A stretch of 64,000 nucleotides of DNA, taken from assembly GCF_006345805.1 (NCBI RefSeq), contig NC_043009.1, positions 27,218,001-27,282,000 on the forward strand, in the 5' to 3' direction. Position numbers and translations under genes: made by a program. Shown here piece after piece: positions 62,536-64,000 of the stretch. The notes under the pieces are model-generated. The model searched no databases. It was not told the origin of the DNA and saw only the letters and a list, made by a program, of their open reading frames with translations. Within the stretch, counting starts at the first letter, position 1. Every line of letters starts with the position of its first letter. Origin of the DNA: Octopus sinensis (lineage: Eukaryota).

Positions 62536-62887
62536 CTCATTCATCATCATTTATTATTGTCATCAATTTTATCAAACATTTCAAACGTCATCATTGCTGA
62601 AAGTTTAATTTCTTGAATTTACATGACCATTTTATGATTTCTATTGGTGGCGGTGGTGTGGGTGTGTGGAGATGTCCTATTGCTAGGGAAAGTTTTCCTG
62701 TACATTCATTTTCCTTTAAATGTTTAATTTGCTTTTATTTACCAAAAACAATTGTGAAACCGCTATGGCATTTAATAAATTTGCAAGATATTTTCAAAAC
62801 TACAGTTCGTTTTGAGACCTAGATATTTTTCCCCCAAAATTAATTCTCCTATATTTTTACTTGCACATATAAATATATATGTGTATA

Positions 62888-63140
<253 letters not shown>

Positions 63141-63432
63141 TGTTGTAAAGCCTTCTTTTGTCACTGTTGTATCTGTCTCTGACGACGGTTGTCGCTCTGA
63201 CAGATATTGTTATATTCCGAAATCATCGATTGAATAGTTCTATCTGGCACTGTAAGATCCCCAAACGTCCACTCAGTATCACAGTATAATTACTACATCA
63301 GCACAGATACTACTATCAACACAATCCACACGTACTCTCGATTTTCCTGTGACGACCGGTTACTTCTCTATCCATAATGGCTGGTTACTACCACTTTTTA
63401 CTGGGAGGGGTGTACAGTTTGACTATACAACA

Positions 63433-63468
<36 letters not shown>

Positions 63469-64000
63469 ATATATATATATATAAAGTGTGTATATCTGAG
63501 TATTTTTTTCTGTATATGCATATATGTATATATGTATAGCTGAAAAATAAAACGCTATTTTCCAGTGTGGAGATGGACAATATTTATTCGATAATTTCTC
63601 AGTACTATTGATTAATTAAGGATTATTGATTTTTCATTGTGTTCCCTACATGCCTATGTGTATATTGAATTATCTATATATAGTAAAGGGGAATCGAATC
63701 CAACTCAAAATAACTGTATACTAATCTCCACTTTTCTTCTTTTCAGAGCAAACGGCTTAGGTGTTGCGTCAGTGTCGGCCCGCATTGGTGGCATAATTGC
63801 ACCCTTTATACTTCAGCTGTCAGCCTATATAAAATGGCTTCCTCTAAGTATTTACGGTGTCCTTTCAGTTATGTCCGGCATGCTGTTGCTCTTACTGCCA
63901 GAACCAAAGGATAAAGACTTGCCGCAAACATTTGAAGATCTGGAAAACTGGGAGACCTGATAATGAGATAATACACGAAGTAGTTACAGTGATAACATAA

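Overview
AT-rich, microsatellite-dense eukaryotic DNA, most likely octopus/cephalopod (inferred from the tRNA-derived SINE families, Dong/R4, RTE and Penelope debris). The window holds a + strand tandem array of SLC22 (MFS organic ion transporter) paralogs in birth-and-death turnover. Gene B (CDS 24020-36113, 9 coding exons, 552 aa by hand splicing) is intact. Copy C (46505-63960) is full length but has indels and stops in exons 4-6. Copy A (10444-12699) is an exon 2/intron 8 deletion fusion, and orphan or decayed exons lie at 15291, 16967, 22570, 37979, 40395 and 41816. The most interesting signals are: (1) minimal hammerhead ribozymes, including a pair with a compensatory U3-A8 core at both ends of an inverted Penelope element; (2) R4/Dong-type LINEs inserted independently into paralogous (ATAC)n arrays, suggesting a tetranucleotide-targeting family beside the (TAA)n-targeting one; (3) a duplicated first coding exon whose splice donor comes from a SINE; (4) exon 2 mosaicism, with a hypervariable TM1 next to a homogenised extracellular loop. 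All alignments and translations were done by eye, and repeat boundaries are approximate.
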